Part shown: positions 62,050 through 64,000 of the stretch, piece after piece
How the letters are laid out: the number at the start of each line of letters is the position of its first letter
Position numbering within the stretch: the stretch's first letter is position 1
Assembly: GCA_036394995.1 (NCBI GenBank)
Contig: DASWED010000125.1
Coordinates: forward strand, 341-64,340
Direction: 5' to 3'
DNA: 64,000 nt
Source: Actinomycetota bacterium
Lineage (GTDB): Bacteria; Actinomycetota; UBA4738; JACQTL01
Program-made: the position numbers and the translations under genes
The notes under the pieces: generated by a model
The model's input: only the letters and a program-made list of their open reading frames with translations
The model's database searches: none
What the model was told of the DNA's origin: nothing

Positions 62050-64000
62050 ATGGCGCGACGCGGCTACCACATGATGATGGCCGCCCCCGACCCCGACGCG
62101 AAGCCGGTCGATCGAGCGACGGTCCGGCGCGTGATCGGCATCTTCCGGCCGTACCGGCGCAAGGTGGCCATCGTCGGCGCGGCCATCTTCGTCACGTCCG
62201 TCATCGGAGTGGCGAACCCACTCCTCATCAAGCTGATCTTCGACCGGGCCCTGTTCGGGAACGCCCAGCACCTGTGCGCCGGGGGCGTGGAGTGCCCGAA
62301 CCTCGGCCTGCTGTACTTCTACGTCGGCCTCATGATCGCGATCCCGGTGGCGTCGGGGATCATCGGCGTGGGCCAGACCTACCTGGCCAACGTGGTGGGC
62401 CTGCGCGTCATGCAGGACCTCCGGAACTCCCTGTACCGGCACCTCCAGCACATGCCCCTGCGGTTCTTCACGAACACCCGGACCGGGGAGATCCAGTCGC
62501 GCCTGACGAACGACGTCGGCGGCATCCAGAGTGTGGTCACCGACACGGCGTCCACGATCCTGTCGAACGTCGTGGTGATCCTGAGCACGCTGATCGCCAT
62601 GCTCGTGCTGTCCTGGCAGCTGACCCTGCTGTCGCTGTTCATGCTGCCGTTCTTCATGTGGTGGCAGGTGCGGGTGGGGCGGGCCCGGCAGGCGGTGGTC
62701 CGGAACACCCAGAAGACCCTGGCCGACCTCACGACGATCACCGAGGAGACGCTCTCGGTCTCCGGGATCCTGCTGTCGAAGGCGTTCGGCCGGCAGCGGT
62801 TCGAGATCGAACGGTTCCGCGGGGAGAACGAGCGCCTGGCCGCGCTGCAGATCCGCCAGCAGATGATCACCCGGGCGTTCTTCGCACTGATCCAGATCTT
62901 CTTCTCGATCACGCCGGCCCTCGTGTACCTGGTGGCCGGGTGGGTTGGCGCGGGGCGTCCCGGCAACCCCCTCACCGCGGGCGCGATCGTTGCGTTCACC
63001 ACCCTGCAGAGCCGCCTGTTCTTCCCGCTGGGCTCGATGCTCCAGGTGAGCGTGGAGATCCAGTCCTCGATGGCGCTGTTCGAGCGGATCTTCGAGTACC
63101 TCGACATGCCGCACGAGATCGCCGACGCGCCCGACGCCGTGACCCTCGAGCCCGCCGGCGTGCGGGGCCGGGTGCGGTTCCGGGGGGTCTCGTTCCGCTA
63201 CGACACGCCGCGCGAGGAGGTGGCGGAGGACGGCCCCGCGGACGACCGGGAACTGGCCGCCGCGGCCCCGGACCTGGCCGCCGCGGAGGTCCGGGGCGCC
63301 CCGGAACGGGCCGCGTTCGGCGTGGCCGGTGTGTCCCCGAACGGCGATGCCGGCCGGGGGTGGACCCTGCGCGACGTGGACATCGAGATCGAACCGGGGC
63401 AGCTGGCCGCCCTGGTGGGGCCGTCCGGCGCCGGCAAGACCACCATGACCTACCTCGTCCCCCGGCTGTACGACGTGCAGGAGGGGGCCGTCGAGATCGA
63501 CGGGGTCGACGTCCGGAGGATCTCGCTGGCCTCGCTCGGGGACCTGATCGGCATCGTGACCCAGGAGACGTATCTCTTCCACGCCACGGTCCGGCGGAAC
63601 CTGCTGTACGGCAAGCCCGATGCGACCCAGGAGGAGCTGGAGGCGGCGGCGAAGGCGGCGTTCATCCACGAACGCATCGCCGAGCTCCCCGAGGGCTACG
63701 ACACCATGGTGGGGGAGCGCGGCTACAAGCTCTCGGGCGGGGAGAAGCAGCGCCTGGCCATCGCCCGGGTGGTGCTGAAGGATCCCCGCATCCTGATCCT
63801 CGACGAGGCCACGTCGTCGCTCGACACAACGTCCGAACGGCTGGTCCAGGAGGCCCTCCGGCCGCTGATGCGGGGCCGCACCACGCTGGCCATCGCCCAC
63901 CGGCTGTCGACGATCCTGTCCGCCGACGTGATCTTCGTGGTGGACCGCGGCGCCGTCGTGGAGCGGGGCACCCACCAGGAGCTGCTGGAACGGGGCGGGC
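62050..64000 (+). CDS. ABC exporter, fused permease/ATPase (MsbA-like), 3' end beyond the window
   Basis: My own translation from ATG 62050: MARRGYHMMMAAPDPDAKPVDRATVRRVIGIFRPYRRKVAIVGAAIF... Walker A GPSGAGKTT, signature LSGGEKQR, Walker B ILILDEATS. It is not in the ORF track because there is no stop in the window. Confidence 0.9.
   Translation, partial: MARRGYHMMMAAPDPDAKPVDRATVRRVIGIFRPYRRKVAIVGAAIFVTSVIGVANPLLIKLIFDRALFGNAQHLCAGGVECPNLGLLYFYVGLMIAIPVASGIIGVGQTYLANVVGLRVMQDLRNSLYRHLQHMPLRFFTNTRTGEIQSRLTNDVGGIQSVVTDTASTILSNVVVILSTLIAMLVLSWQLTLLSLFMLPFFMWWQVRVGRARQAVVRNTQKTLADLTTITEETLSVSGILLSKAFGRQRFEIERFRGENERLAALQIRQQMITRAFFALIQIFFSITPALVYLVAGWVGAGRPGNPLTAGAIVAFTTLQSRLFFPLGSMLQVSVEIQSSMALFERIFEYLDMPHEIADAPDAVTLEPAGVRGRVRFRGVSFRYDTPREEVAEDGPADDRELAAAAPDLAAAEVRGAPERAAFGVAGVSPNGDAGRGWTLRDVDIEIEPGQLAALVGPSGAGKTTMTYLVPRLYDVQEGAVEIDGVDVRRISLASLGDLIGIVTQETYLFHATVRRNLLYGKPDATQEELEAAAKAAFIHERIAELPEGYDTMVGERGYKLSGGEKQRLAIARVVLKDPRILILDEATSSLDTTSERLVQEALRPLMRGRTTLAIAHRLSTILSADVIFVVDRGAVVERGTHQELLERGG

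Noticed and set aside
61185-64000. The RTX-repeat ORF plus the downstream ABC exporter as a type I secretion system
   Set aside because: The ABC protein is an MsbA-like half-transporter with no C39 peptidase or T1SS-type N-terminus. No HlyD-type adaptor or TolC-like gene is present, and a GlsB-family gene lies between the two. The RTX ORF also lacks a start codon.
1-64000. tRNA, rRNA, CRISPR, prophage, toxin-antitoxin or known anti-phage defence loci
   Set aside because: Scanning intergenic regions showed none longer than ~220 nt, apart from the scrambled gene-remnant stretches next to the IS. I found no T-loop/GTTCGAATC-type tRNA signature outside coding frames, no repeat-spacer arrays, and no phage structural, integrase or defence-type gene signatures. 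The only mobile-element gene is the edge transposase.

Overview
64 kb of very GC-rich chromosome. The gene content looks actinobacterial: a WhiB1-like regulator, a SigH/RshA pair, a UsfX/SigF-like pair, mycothiol-type DinB and PIG-L proteins, and F420/LLM oxidoreductases. I support about 65 coding regions, mostly housekeeping, stress-response and acyl-CoA metabolism genes. These include ftsH, nth, a LigD-type polymerase, a three-part biotin carboxylase, CitE/FadE/MaoC, gabT, two MFS efflux operons, an aquaporin, CorA and an ABC exporter that runs off the right edge. I saw no rRNA, tRNA, CRISPR array, prophage or recognisable defence island. An IS1595-family transposase gene runs off the left edge, and the next ~6 kb holds several gene remnants. 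The strongest finding is two redox genes, a CxxC peroxiredoxin-like gene and an OsmC-like gene. Each is split by an in-frame TGA exactly where homologs carry a catalytic Cys, and each TGA is followed by a stable hairpin at SECIS-like spacing. I read these as candidate selenoproteins that standard ORF calling truncates. The second finding is an 838-862 aa membrane protein with a cytoplasmic domain resembling GCS2/glutamine-synthetase-fold carboxylate-amine ligases, one TM helix and a duplicated 4-Cys ectodomain. A 64-aa acidic-tailed protein is encoded 7 nt upstream of it, and I cannot place the pair in any described system. Other points are a tightly coupled GNAT / aldolase-like / PIG-L / decarboxylase / S51-peptidase gene string, twin 16-18 bp palindromic operators between divergent efflux operons, a CorA with GTN in place of GMN, and several orphan gene fragments. 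All family assignments rest on motifs I read in the translations, with no database search. Start codons are often ambiguous in this GC range.
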